Made by a program: the position numbers and the translations under genes. Source: Brotaphodocola sp. (GTDB lineage Bacteria; Bacillota; Clostridia; Lachnospirales; Lachnospiraceae). From it: a stretch of DNA of 64,000 nt. Position 1 is the first letter of the stretch; each line of letters opens with the position of its first letter. Below the pieces are notes generated by a model. That model saw nothing but the letters and a program-made list of their open reading frames with translations, did no database searches and was not told the origin of the DNA. Positions 16,925 through 26,235 of the stretch are shown in pieces. The stretch lies in contig JBJEIZ010000002.1 in the NCBI GenBank assembly GCA_051877535.1, positions 945 through 64,944 on the forward strand, in the 5' to 3' direction.

Positions 16925-18145
16925 ATGAACAATCAATTATTGCATACACCAGAAGGTGTACGGGATATTTATTCGGAAGAATGTGCGAAGAGGCTGACGG
17001 TACAGAAAGAGATTCAGCAAATGTTTCATCTGTATGGCTACCAGAACATAGAGACACCGATCTTTGAATTTTTTGATATTTTTAATAAGGAACGAGGCAG
17101 TGTCATCAGCCGTGAAATGTATAAGTTTTTCGACCGGGACAATAACACTTTGGTACTTCGCCCGGATATCACACCATCCATTGCCCGCTGTGTGGCGAAG
17201 TATTTTATGGATGAGAAAAAGCCGCTGCGTCTGTGCTATCTTGGTCCGACGTTTATCAACAGCACCAGCTATCAGGGACGTTTGAAACAGACCACACAGA
17301 CAGGTGTTGAGCTGATCGGTGATGATACCAGCGATGCGGACGGCGAAATGATCGCTTTGGTGATTGATTCTCTGAAGGCTGCCGGATTGAATGAGTTTCA
17401 GGTAGAACTGGGTCAGGTAGAATTTTACCGGGGTTTGGTGGAAGAAGCCGGGATGGATGAAGAGATGCAGAACCAGCTGCGGATCTTGATTGAGAATAAG
17501 AATTATTTCGGTGTGGAAGAATTGTTATCTGATGCGCAGATTACAGATGATCTGAAGAAATTGTTTTTGAAACTGCCGGAACTTTTTGGCGATATTGAGC
17601 AGATTCGACTGGCGAAGACCATGACGGACAATCCGCGGGCACTGGCGGCCATCGAGCGCCTGGAACGGGTACAGGAGATCGTGGATGCATATGGGCTTGG
17701 AGAGTATGTTTCTTATGATCTGGGAATGCTGAGCAAATATTCCTATTATACAGGCATCATTTTTAAGGCATATACCTACGGAACCGGTGAGTATATCGTG
17801 ACGGGAGGCCGTTATGACAAGCTTCTGGAACAGTTTGGCAAGAAAGCGCCATCCATTGGTTTTGCAATTGAGGTCGATCAGTTAATGCTGGCACTTTCCA
17901 GACAGCAGATTGATATACCGGCAGATCAGGTTGATACCATTATTTTATATGACCATGATGCCCGGCTTGCCGGAATTCGTCTTGCCGGCACATACCGCAA
18001 AGACAAAAAAGCAGTGGAGCTGATTCGCAAACGTTCTTTTGAGACGGTGGAAGAATATCTGGATTATGCAAGGAAATACCATATCCGGACGCTTTTGTAT
18101 CTGGAAAAAGACGGCAGTCAGGTGAAAGAATACAAGATTGGATAG
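16925..18145 (+). CDS. hisZ: ATP phosphoribosyltransferase regulatory subunit HisZ
   Basis: HisRS-like class II core (TPEGVRDIY, YGYQNIETPIFE, LRPDITPS) without an anticodon-binding domain, directly upstream of a short-form hisG. Confidence 0.9.
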   Translation: MNNQLLHTPEGVRDIYSEECAKRLTVQKEIQQMFHLYGYQNIETPIFEFFDIFNKERGSVISREMYKFFDRDNNTLVLRPDITPSIARCVAKYFMDEKKPLRLCYLGPTFINSTSYQGRLKQTTQTGVELIGDDTSDADGEMIALVIDSLKAAGLNEFQVELGQVEFYRGLVEEAGMDEEMQNQLRILIENKNYFGVEELLSDAQITDDLKKLFLKLPELFGDIEQIRLAKTMTDNPRALAAIERLERVQEIVDAYGLGEYVSYDLGMLSKYSYYTGIIFKAYTYGTGEYIVTGGRYDKLLEQFGKKAPSIGFAIEVDQLMLALSRQQIDIPADQVDTIILYDHDARLAGIRLAGTYRKDKKAVELIRKRSFETVEEYLDYARKYHIRTLLYLEKDGSQVKEYKIG

Positions 18146-18160
18146 AATTGAGGATTTGAG

Positions 18161-18805
18161 ATGAGATATCTGACATTTGCGCTGGCGAAGGGACGTCTGG
18201 CGAATAAATCTCTGGAAATGTTTGAGAAGATTGGCATCCGTTGTGAAGAGATGAAAGACAAACAGTCCAGAAAGCTGATTTTTACAAATGAAGAGCTGGG
18301 ATATCGTTTTTTCCTGGCAAAGGCAAATGATGTGCCGACTTATGTAGAGTATGGTGCTGCTGACATCGGGATCGTGGGAAAAGATACGATTCTGGAAGAG
18401 GGAAGAAAATTGTACGAAGTGCTGGACCTTGGTATCGGCAAATGCCGCATGTGCGTCTGCGGTCCAGAGTCAGCAAGAGCGCATCTGGAACATCATGAGC
18501 TGATTCGGGTAGCTACCAAATATCCGGCAATTGCAAAGGATTATTTCTACAATAAAAAGCATCAGACCGTGGAGATCATCAAGCTGAACGGTTCCATCGA
18601 GCTGGCACCGATCGTGGGACTTTCTGAGGTGATCGTTGATATCGTAGAAACCGGTTCCACACTTCGTGAGAACGGTTTGACTGTGTTAGAGGAAGTCTGT
18701 CCGCTTTCCGCCCGCATGGTGGTCAATCAGGTCAGCATGAAGCGAGAACATGAGCGTATTACCAAAATCATCCAGGATTTGAAGAACCTGATACAGGAGG
18801 CATAA
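18161..18805 (+). CDS. hisG: ATP phosphoribosyltransferase, short form
   Basis: 214 aa; [43 protein letters not shown]. Confidence 0.95.
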   Translation: MRYLTFALAKGRLANKSLEMFEKIGIRCEEMKDKQSRKLIFTNEELGYRFFLAKANDVPTYVEYGAADIGIVGKDTILEEGRKLYEVLDLGIGKCRMCVCGPESARAHLEHHELIRVATKYPAIAKDYFYNKKHQTVEIIKLNGSIELAPIVGLSEVIVDIVETGSTLRENGLTVLEEVCPLSARMVVNQVSMKREHERITKIIQDLKNLIQEA

Positions 18806-18807
18806 CC

Positions 18808-20097
18808 ATGAGAATTATCAAATTAGACGAGCAGAGCAAGAAAAATATTCTGGAAGACCTGCTGAAGCGTGATCCCAATAATTACACCAAGTATGAATCC
18901 GCAGTTCAGGAAATCGTTGCGGATATTCGTGCCCGCAAGGACGAGGCCGTGTTTGCGTATACAAAAAAATTTGACGGTGCGGATATCCATGCAGGCAACA
19001 TTCGTGTGACGGATGAGGAAATTCAGGAAGCAATGGAGCAGGTGGATCCTTCTCTGTTGGAAGTGATGAAAAAATCAATGAAGAATATCCGGGAATACCA
19101 TGAGAAACAGCGTCAGTACAGCTGGTTTGACAGCCAGCCGAATGGTACGCTGTTGGGACAGAAGGTGACTGCGCTTGCCAGCGTCGGTGTGTATGTTCCG
19201 GGCGGCAAGGCAGCTTATCCGTCTTCTGTTCTGATGAACATCATTCCGGCAGAGGTAGCAGGAGTGAAAAAAATCGTTATGGTTACTCCTCCGGGAAAAG
19301 ACGGCAAGGTGAATCCGGTGACGCTGACTGCAGCGCATCTGGCAGGTGCTACCGAAGTGTATAAGGTGGGCGGTGCACAGGCAGTTGCAGCGCTGGCTTT
19401 TGGTACGGAATCGATTCCGCGCGTCAACAAGATCGTGGGACCGGGCAATATTTTCGTGGCACTGGCGAAAAAGGCTGTTTATGGACATGTAAGCATTGAC
19501 AGCATTGCCGGACCGAGTGAGATTCTGGTGCTGGCAGATGAGACGGCGAATCCGCGTTTTGTAGCTGCGGATCTGTTATCCCAGGCAGAGCATGATGAAC
19601 TGGCATCCGCCATTTTAATCACGACGAGCATGGAACTGGCAAAAAAGGTTTCTGAGGAAGTAGAGCAATTTGTGGAAGGATTGTCCAGAAAAGAGATTCT
19701 GCAGAAATCTCTGGACAATTACGGATATATTCTGGTTGCAGACACTCTGGAGGATGCGATTGATGCAGCAAATGAGATTGCAAGTGAACATATGGAGATC
19801 GTGACGCGCAATCCGTTCGAGGTAATGACAAAGATTCAGAATGCCGGAGCAATTTTCCTTGGAGAATACAGCTCAGAGCCGCTGGGAGATTATTTTGCAG
19901 GTCCGAACCATGTGCTTCCGACCAATGGAACGGCCAAGTTCTTCTCCCCGCTGGGGGTCGATGATTTTATCAAGAAGTCCAGCATCATATACTATTCTAA
20001 AGAGGCGTTAGAGCCGGTACATAAGGATATTGAAGCATTTGCAGAGGCAGAGCATCTGACTGCACATGCAAATTCCATCCGGGTACGCTTCGAATAG
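18808..20097 (+). CDS. hisD: Histidinol dehydrogenase
   Basis: 429 aa; GVYVPGGKAAYPSSVLM, GPGNIFV, IAGPSEILVLADE, SQAEHD. Confidence 0.95.
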   Translation: MRIIKLDEQSKKNILEDLLKRDPNNYTKYESAVQEIVADIRARKDEAVFAYTKKFDGADIHAGNIRVTDEEIQEAMEQVDPSLLEVMKKSMKNIREYHEKQRQYSWFDSQPNGTLLGQKVTALASVGVYVPGGKAAYPSSVLMNIIPAEVAGVKKIVMVTPPGKDGKVNPVTLTAAHLAGATEVYKVGGAQAVAALAFGTESIPRVNKIVGPGNIFVALAKKAVYGHVSIDSIAGPSEILVLADETANPRFVAADLLSQAEHDELASAILITTSMELAKKVSEEVEQFVEGLSRKEILQKSLDNYGYILVADTLEDAIDAANEIASEHMEIVTRNPFEVMTKIQNAGAIFLGEYSSEPLGDYFAGPNHVLPTNGTAKFFSPLGVDDFIKKSSIIYYSKEALEPVHKDIEAFAEAEHLTAHANSIRVRFE

Positions 20098-20106
20098 GAG
20101 GATATC

Positions 20107-20697
20107 ATGGCTGAACGAATAGCAACCATAACAAGAAATACAAAAGAAACGGAGATTTCCATGACATTGAATCTGGATGGAAGCGGAAAAGCAGATGTTC
20201 ACACCGGAGTCGGTTTTTTTGATCATATGCTTAACAGCTTCGCCAGACACGGCATGTTTGATCTGAGTCTGCAGGTGAAGGGAGATCTGGATGTAGACAC
20301 CCATCATACGATTGAAGATGTGGGAATTGTGCTCGGAAAGGCGATCCGTGAAGCAGTGGGAGATAAAAAGGGCATGGTCCGTTACGGTTCTGCGCTCCTG
20401 CCGATGGATGAAGCACTGCTTCTGTGCGCGCTGGATCTGTGCGGAAGGCCGTATCTGGTCTATCACCTGAATCTGACCCGTGAGTTTGTAGGAACGTTGG
20501 AAACGGAGATGATCCGCGAATTTTTCTATGCGGTTTCTTATGGTGCAGAGATGAATCTGCACATCAGGCAGTTGGATGGTGTCAATAATCACCATATCAT
20601 TGAAGGCGCATTCAAAGCATTTGCGAAAGCACTGGATCAGGCAACAGGAATTGATCCGCGTATTACCGATGTATTGTCGACGAAAGGAAGTTTGTAA
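20107..20697 (+). CDS. hisB: Imidazoleglycerol-phosphate dehydratase
   Basis: RNTKETEISMTLNLDG, DTHHTIEDVGIVLG, NNHHIIEGAFKAFAKAL. Confidence 0.95.
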   Translation: MAERIATITRNTKETEISMTLNLDGSGKADVHTGVGFFDHMLNSFARHGMFDLSLQVKGDLDVDTHHTIEDVGIVLGKAIREAVGDKKGMVRYGSALLPMDEALLLCALDLCGRPYLVYHLNLTREFVGTLETEMIREFFYAVSYGAEMNLHIRQLDGVNNHHIIEGAFKAFAKALDQATGIDPRITDVLSTKGSL

Positions 20698-20698
20698 G

Positions 20699-21424
20699 AT
20701 GCAGTTATACCCGGCAATCGATATGAAAGGCGGCAAGTGTGTCCGCCTGACTCAGGGATTATTTGATAATGTGAAAGTATATTCCGATACTCCGGCTGAC
20801 ATGGCGAAGCTATGGGTCAGCCAGGGGGCATCGTTTCTGCATATCGTAGATCTGGATGGAGCACTGGCCGGCCGTTCGGTCAATGAAGATGCCATTCGTG
20901 CAATCGTGAAGCGTGCAGATGTGCCGATCCAGCTGGGAGGCGGAATCCGCAGTGCCGAAGCTGTTGAGTATATGCTGAATCTTGGCATTACCCGCTGCAT
21001 TATCGGAACACGTGCAGTGGAGCAGCCGGAGTTTATCCGGGAGCTGATCGAACAGTTTGGTCCGGAGCACATTGTAGTAGGTGTGGATGCGAAAAACGGC
21101 ATGGTTGCGGTCGAGGGCTGGGAGAAAGTCAGCAGCCTTTCTGCGGTTGATCTGTGTATGCAGATGAAAGCATATGGCGTGGAGCACATCGTGTATACCG
21201 ATATTTCCCGCGACGGAACTCTGACCGGTCCGAATGTTCCTTATACGAAAATGCTGACGGATCGTACCGGCATGGATATCATTGCTTCCGGCGGTATGTC
21301 CTGTATGGAGGATTTGATTACTTTAAATGAAAATGGAATCAAAGGTGCTATCATCGGAAAAGCTTTATACGAGAAAAAAATCAGCCTTCCGGATGCAGTA
21401 GCACGCTTTGAGGGAAGGAGATAG
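20699..21424 (+). CDS. hisA: ProFAR isomerase HisA
   Basis: MQLYPAIDMKGGKCVRL, HIVDLDGA, ASGGMS. The start is 1 nt after the hisB stop; the ORF-track start at 20576 lies inside hisB. Confidence 0.9.
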   Translation: MQLYPAIDMKGGKCVRLTQGLFDNVKVYSDTPADMAKLWVSQGASFLHIVDLDGALAGRSVNEDAIRAIVKRADVPIQLGGGIRSAEAVEYMLNLGITRCIIGTRAVEQPEFIRELIEQFGPEHIVVGVDAKNGMVAVEGWEKVSSLSAVDLCMQMKAYGVEHIVYTDISRDGTLTGPNVPYTKMLTDRTGMDIIASGGMSCMEDLITLNENGIKGAIIGKALYEKKISLPDAVARFEGRR

Positions 21425-21427
21425 GGC

Positions 21428-22723
21428 ATGGCAGATTTCAAACGCCTGATCGCGGCAGTCGGATGCAAGGAAGGAAACGCGATCTTTTTAAATGACGGCT
21501 GTGTCAGCAGTATTTCTTTAAAAGAACTTGCTCATCATTATAATAACAATGGAGCGGACGGTCTTCTGATCTGGGACTGTTCCGAAACAGACGATGACCA
21601 CGAGGCAGTGATCGGTCAGATAAAAGAACTTGCCCGTGAAATTGATATTTCTATTCTCACAGGCGGAAGAGTGAAACGTCTGGAGGATGTGAAAAAATAT
21701 CTGTATGCCGGGGCAAAAGCCGTGGTTTTAGACGGAGCAAATGAGACGAATATTGATCTGATCAAAGAAGCTTCCGATCGTTTTGGAAGTGAAAAAATTT
21801 ATGTAAAAATAGCAGATGAAAAACAGTTGAAACGCATGGAAGAGTTTGAGCAGCTTGGAGCATCCGGGCTGGTTTTGGACAGCAGTATTTTTTCAGCTGC
21901 GATGGGTTCTCATGCATCGGACCTGCAGAGTGCCCTTATTTTGCTTATCTCGGATGGTACGAATGAAGACGCGTTTGCTTCCTGTATGAAAGAGAAAGCA
22001 GCAGGTGGCATGATTCTGACAGCGCCGGAACTGGCTGATAAGAATTTTATGGAGATAAAGCAGAATCTTGCAGAACAGGGAATTGCTGTGGATGTTTTCC
22101 ATGCATCAATGGAGTGGAATCAATTTAAGACCAATTCAGACGGACTGGTTCCAGTGATCGTTCAGGATTATAAAACTTCAGAAGTGCTGATGCTTGCCTA
22201 TATGAATGAACAGGCATATCTGGATACGATCCGCACCGGAAAGATGCATTATTACAGCAGAAGCCGTCAGGCTCAGTGGATGAAAGGCGAGACGTCCGGT
22301 CATTTCCAGTATGTGAAATCCCTGAAACTGGACTGTGACAATGACACAATGCTGGCGAAAGTGCATCAGATCGGACCGGCATGTCATACCGGTTCCCGCA
22401 GCTGTTTCTTCCAGACGCTGACTGAAAAAGAATATAAAGAAACGAACCCGCTGAAAGTATTTGAACATGTATTTCAGGTGATTCTGGACCGCAAGGCTCA
22501 TCCAAAAGAAGGTTCTTATACCAACTATCTGTTTGATAAGGGCATTGATAAGATTCTGAAAAAGGTAGGAGAGGAAGCAACGGAAATCGTTATCGCAGCG
22601 AAGAATCCGGATCCGGAAGAAATCAAATATGAGATTTCTGATTTTCTTTATCATGTGATGGTGCTGATGGCGGTGAAAGGTGTGACCTGGGAAGAGATTA
22701 CAGAAGAACTGGCGAACCGCTAA
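21428..22723 (+). CDS. hisI: HisIE (PR-AMP cyclohydrolase / PR-ATP pyrophosphatase) with a degenerate HisF/HisA-like barrel of about 225 aa fused at the N-terminus
   Basis: The C-terminal two thirds hold HisI (GLVPVIVQD...[10 protein letters not shown]...DCDNDT...[12 protein letters not shown]) and HisE ([24 protein letters not shown]). The N-terminal part aligns to HisF ([47 protein letters not shown]) but lacks its catalytic and phosphate-binding residues. Confidence 0.85.
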   Translation: MADFKRLIAAVGCKEGNAIFLNDGCVSSISLKELAHHYNNNGADGLLIWDCSETDDDHEAVIGQIKELAREIDISILTGGRVKRLEDVKKYLYAGAKAVVLDGANETNIDLIKEASDRFGSEKIYVKIADEKQLKRMEEFEQLGASGLVLDSSIFSAAMGSHASDLQSALILLISDGTNEDAFASCMKEKAAGGMILTAPELADKNFMEIKQNLAEQGIAVDVFHASMEWNQFKTNSDGLVPVIVQDYKTSEVLMLAYMNEQAYLDTIRTGKMHYYSRSRQAQWMKGETSGHFQYVKSLKLDCDNDTMLAKVHQIGPACHTGSRSCFFQTLTEKEYKETNPLKVFEHVFQVILDRKAHPKEGSYTNYLFDKGIDKILKKVGEEATEIVIAAKNPDPEEIKYEISDFLYHVMVLMAVKGVTWEEITEELANR

Positions 22724-22747
22724 ATGGATAGAATGGGAGAGAAAACG

Positions 22748-23980
22748 ATGTCAACCGTTACAGATAAATTTTTGCGTTATGTTGCAGTAGATACGCAGTC
22801 CATGGAAGATCAGGCATGTTATCCGAGTACGGAAAAACAGAAAAATCTGGGACATATGCTGGAGGCTGAATTAAAGGAGATGGGCGCTTCCAATGTACGC
22901 ATGGATTCGTATGGATATGTGATGGCAGAGATCCCTGCCACGACAAAGAAAAAGGTTCCTGTTCTGGGGCTGATCGCGCACATGGATACTTCACCGGCAT
23001 GCTCCGGTGCGGATATCAGACCGCAGATCGTGAAACAGTATGATGGAGGATTCATTCTTTTAAATCCTGAGACCGGTGAGTCGATGGGACCGGACCGGTT
23101 TCCGGAATTGAAACAGTATGTGGGACTGGACTTGATCACTACAGATGGTACGACACTACTTGGCGCAGATGATAAAGCAGGTGTGGCGGAAATCATGGCT
23201 GCAGCGGAATATCTCCTGGCACATCCGGAAATTCCTCACGGAAAACTGTGCATTGCATTTACACCGGATGAAGAAGTGGGACGCGGTACCGATTTTTTTG
23301 ATGTTGAGGCGTTTGGGGCAGAGGTTGCCTATACCGTTGACGGAGGAGAACTGGGCGAACTGGAATTTGAAAATTTCAATGCAGCTTCTGCCAGGCTGAC
23401 GGTTCACGGTATCAGCATCCATCCTGGTTCAGCCAAGTGGAAAATGAAAAACGCAATGCTGATTGCCATGGAACTGCAGGCCTTGCTTCCAAAGTTTGAA
23501 GATCCGGCATGTACAGAAGGGTATGAGGGATTCTTTCATCTCACGAATATTAATGGTGATGTGGAAAAGACAGTGATGAAATATATCATCCGTGATCATG
23601 ATCTGGAAAAGTTCCAGCAGAAAAAACAGATGATGGAACAGGCAGCAGCTTTCCTGAATTATAAATACGGGGAAGGGACAGTTGAGCTGGAACTTCAGGA
23701 TTCTTATTTTAATATGCTGGAAAAAATCCGACCGCACGCATATCTGGTAGATATTGCTAAGCAGTGCATGCAGGATCTGGGAATCGTGCCGAAAGTCAGC
23801 CCGATTCGCGGAGGCACAGATGGAGCGCGGTTGTCCTACAAAGGACTTCCATGCCCGAATCTCTGCACCGGCGGACATAACTACCACGGACGCCATGAAT
23901 ATGTGTGTATTCAGTCTATGGAAAAGATTACAGAACTGCTCATTGAGATTGTAAAAACGTTTGAATTGCGTGAAAAATAA
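22748..23980 (+). CDS. pepT: Peptidase T (tripeptide aminopeptidase, M20B)
   Basis: DKFLRYVAVDTQS, IAHMDTSP, LGADDKAGVAEIM, FTPDEEVGRG, GGTDGA. The start is taken at the ATG after GGGAGAG. Confidence 0.9.
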   Translation: MSTVTDKFLRYVAVDTQSMEDQACYPSTEKQKNLGHMLEAELKEMGASNVRMDSYGYVMAEIPATTKKKVPVLGLIAHMDTSPACSGADIRPQIVKQYDGGFILLNPETGESMGPDRFPELKQYVGLDLITTDGTTLLGADDKAGVAEIMAAAEYLLAHPEIPHGKLCIAFTPDEEVGRGTDFFDVEAFGAEVAYTVDGGELGELEFENFNAASARLTVHGISIHPGSAKWKMKNAMLIAMELQALLPKFEDPACTEGYEGFFHLTNINGDVEKTVMKYIIRDHDLEKFQQKKQMMEQAAAFLNYKYGEGTVELELQDSYFNMLEKIRPHAYLVDIAKQCMQDLGIVPKVSPIRGGTDGARLSYKGLPCPNLCTGGHNYHGRHEYVCIQSMEKITELLIEIVKTFELREK

Positions 23981-24126
23981 AAGAATCTTAAGTTTTTTGA
24001 TGTAATAACTTAATAAACAGCGGTAGTCGAAAACTGCTTTTTTCGTTATAATAAGAGCATAGATCATAATGGGCGGCAAAATACGTTTTGACGCTCATAC
24101 CATTTTATAAAGGAGTGATATGCCTC

Positions 24127-25422
24127 ATGAAATGTGGGAAAATCCTGACCGGCTTTTTCGCGATGATTCTTTCAGCCGCTTTATCAGTTCCCGCTTTTGG
24201 AGCAGTCTACCGACAGAGCAAAGACCGCTACCCGGATGCTTCGTTTATGATCATTTTTGAGTCAGAAGGCAATGGTTCGTATGCTCTTGGTGTAAAAGAC
24301 GGAGCATGGGTACTTCGTTCTTTATATGATATCAAAGCAGTGAACAACAAAGATCCGGATTACCTGTTCACTTTCGAGGAACGGAGCAGTGATAAGAATT
24401 TAAAAACCAGTGACCGTCTATGGAATGCGAATCATTCTATGGCAATCCGATGTTCTGAAGGATATTTGGATTTTGACAGCACAGGTGTAGAGTTTTTGAA
24501 TTCTGTGCCTGTTATATCAAAAGAACCGCAGTATCGCTGGCAGTATATCGAGTCAGGCGAGAGTGGAGAAGATAATTATCTCAAATATAAAAACGCATAT
24601 GGTTCCGGAGGCAAGTCCGGTGCGATCTGGGCGAAGGCGAATGCACAGGAAACCTTCATTATGCTGACGACCTGCGGAAAGGGTTCATCTGTCTATCTGT
24701 ATGAAGAGTCGGAAGGAGAAGAAATTCCGGTCCCCTCCAAAGGCGGCTGGCAGGAATATACCAACAGTTATAACGAACATGGATGGAAATACATCAATCC
24801 GGATGGTACACTCAAGCAGGATGAATGGCATGTGGATGACGGAAAATCCTATTATCTGGGATCGGATGGGGTCACTCTGTTTGGATATCACCAACTTCCG
24901 AACGGAAAGTATTATTATTTTCGTCCGGATGGAAGTTTGTTGACTAATTCGGAGATCAGTATCAAGGGAGTTCCATATCGAATGGGGCGTGACGGCGTAT
25001 GCCGCATGGTTTCCAAATCTGCACCGGAAAGAACGACGGTTTCCACCAAGCAATATGCTTCAGATGATGAGGTCATCAACTGGATCAATCTGAAACGTGC
25101 AGAGCTGGGGCTGAATCCGCTCTACCGTGATAACCGGCTTGCGTCTATGGCAGAGGATATCGTGGTTCTGGATGCTGATCTGGAGGACTGGCAGCTCCTT
25201 GACGATATTGCGGCGGACAGTGACATTGAATTCAAACGTCAGGCCAGTTTTCGGTTCAACTGGAATGAGAAGATCCGGAGATTTTCTTTGGAAGAGTATT
25301 ACAATAAAGGAAGTTTTAGGCAGCTGGTGGAGGATCCCCGTCTGAATCACATCGGAGTCTACAGTAATCAAAGAAGCGGAGCTGCTTCGAGAGATGTACT
25401 GATCATGGTGGGATATTATTAG
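24127..25422 (+). CDS. Secreted protein with cell-wall-binding repeats and a C-terminal CAP/SCP-like domain
   Basis: Signal peptide MKCGKILTGFFAMILSAALSVPAFG. CW_binding-type repeats (GWKYINPDGTL, GKSYYLGSDGV, GKYYYFRPDGSL). The C-terminal segment INLKRAELGLNPLYRDNRLASMAEDI is CAP-like. Confidence 0.7.
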   Translation: MKCGKILTGFFAMILSAALSVPAFGAVYRQSKDRYPDASFMIIFESEGNGSYALGVKDGAWVLRSLYDIKAVNNKDPDYLFTFEERSSDKNLKTSDRLWNANHSMAIRCSEGYLDFDSTGVEFLNSVPVISKEPQYRWQYIESGESGEDNYLKYKNAYGSGGKSGAIWAKANAQETFIMLTTCGKGSSVYLYEESEGEEIPVPSKGGWQEYTNSYNEHGWKYINPDGTLKQDEWHVDDGKSYYLGSDGVTLFGYHQLPNGKYYYFRPDGSLLTNSEISIKGVPYRMGRDGVCRMVSKSAPERTTVSTKQYASDDEVINWINLKRAELGLNPLYRDNRLASMAEDIVVLDADLEDWQLLDDIAADSDIEFKRQASFRFNWNEKIRRFSLEEYYNKGSFRQLVEDPRLNHIGVYSNQRSGAASRDVLIMVGYY

Positions 25423-25460
25423 ATGATGTTGGGGAGCAAAAGGTGATCACAGGATAACAG

Positions 25461-25485
25461 TGGGACGCGTTTATAACGCGTCCCA
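25461..25485. terminator. Hairpin between convergent genes (11-bp stem, 3-nt loop, weak T-tract)
   Basis: TGGGACGCGTT-TAT-AACGCGTCCCA. Confidence 0.5.
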
Positions 25486-25509
25486 TAGCATTACAAGGTA
25501 ACCGACCAT

Positions 25510-26082
25510 CTAATCTTCAAAAAAATCTTTGTCTGTAAACATACATACATTTTCTACAAATTCCTCGATTGAAATCTGATTTTCCAATTCCAGATAACAG
25601 GTGACGATGCTGAAATAGAATTCCGCCAACAGGATTGCAAAGATGGGCAGGCAAATTTTTAATTTCAGACCATTTTTCTGGGCATGCAGGATTTTTTCAG
25701 TAAGGATCTGCTTCAAATCCTGTTTAATGATCTCCATGAGAATCCCGTCTTTGTTGGTGAGATAGATTTTCTGATACTGTTCCCGATGTTCGGCGATGTG
25801 ACGAATCAGGATCAGTAAAAATTCCTGAATGGATTCCATATTTTTAAAACAAATGACATCTTCTGTCAAGTGCATATCCTCGGTCAAAGACTGCAGGCAA
25901 TAGCGCAGGAGATCATATTTATCTTCAAAATACCGATAAAACGTAGAGCGCGGAACCATCGAGGCATTGCAGATCTCTGTCAAAGTCAGTTTTTCAAAAG
26001 AAGACTCCGAAAGCAGAGCGTACATCTGATCTTTTAATAATGTGTAAGTTCGCTTTGTTGAAATGTTATTTTTAATATTCAA
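25510..26082 (-). CDS. TetR/AcrR-family transcriptional regulator
   Basis: N-terminal HTH LTLTEICNASMVPRSTFYRYFEDKYDLL. It is divergent from the MMPL gene. Confidence 0.85.
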   Translation of the reverse strand: MNIKNNISTKRTYTLLKDQMYALLSESSFEKLTLTEICNASMVPRSTFYRYFEDKYDLLRYCLQSLTEDMHLTEDVICFKNMESIQEFLLILIRHIAEHREQYQKIYLTNKDGILMEIIKQDLKQILTEKILHAQKNGLKLKICLPIFAILLAEFYFSIVTCYLELENQISIEEFVENVCMFTDKDFFED

Positions 26083-26235
26083 GACAAATCCTCACTTTAT
26101 GTATCAAAATGGACAGATTTACTAAAATGTCTCATTTCAGGCATTTCAAAAAATCTGACTCTTGAATATTTTATCATAACCTAGGATAATTAGGCAAGCT
26201 ATGAAATTCAGAAGAGAGAGGAACGGAACAAGTTT

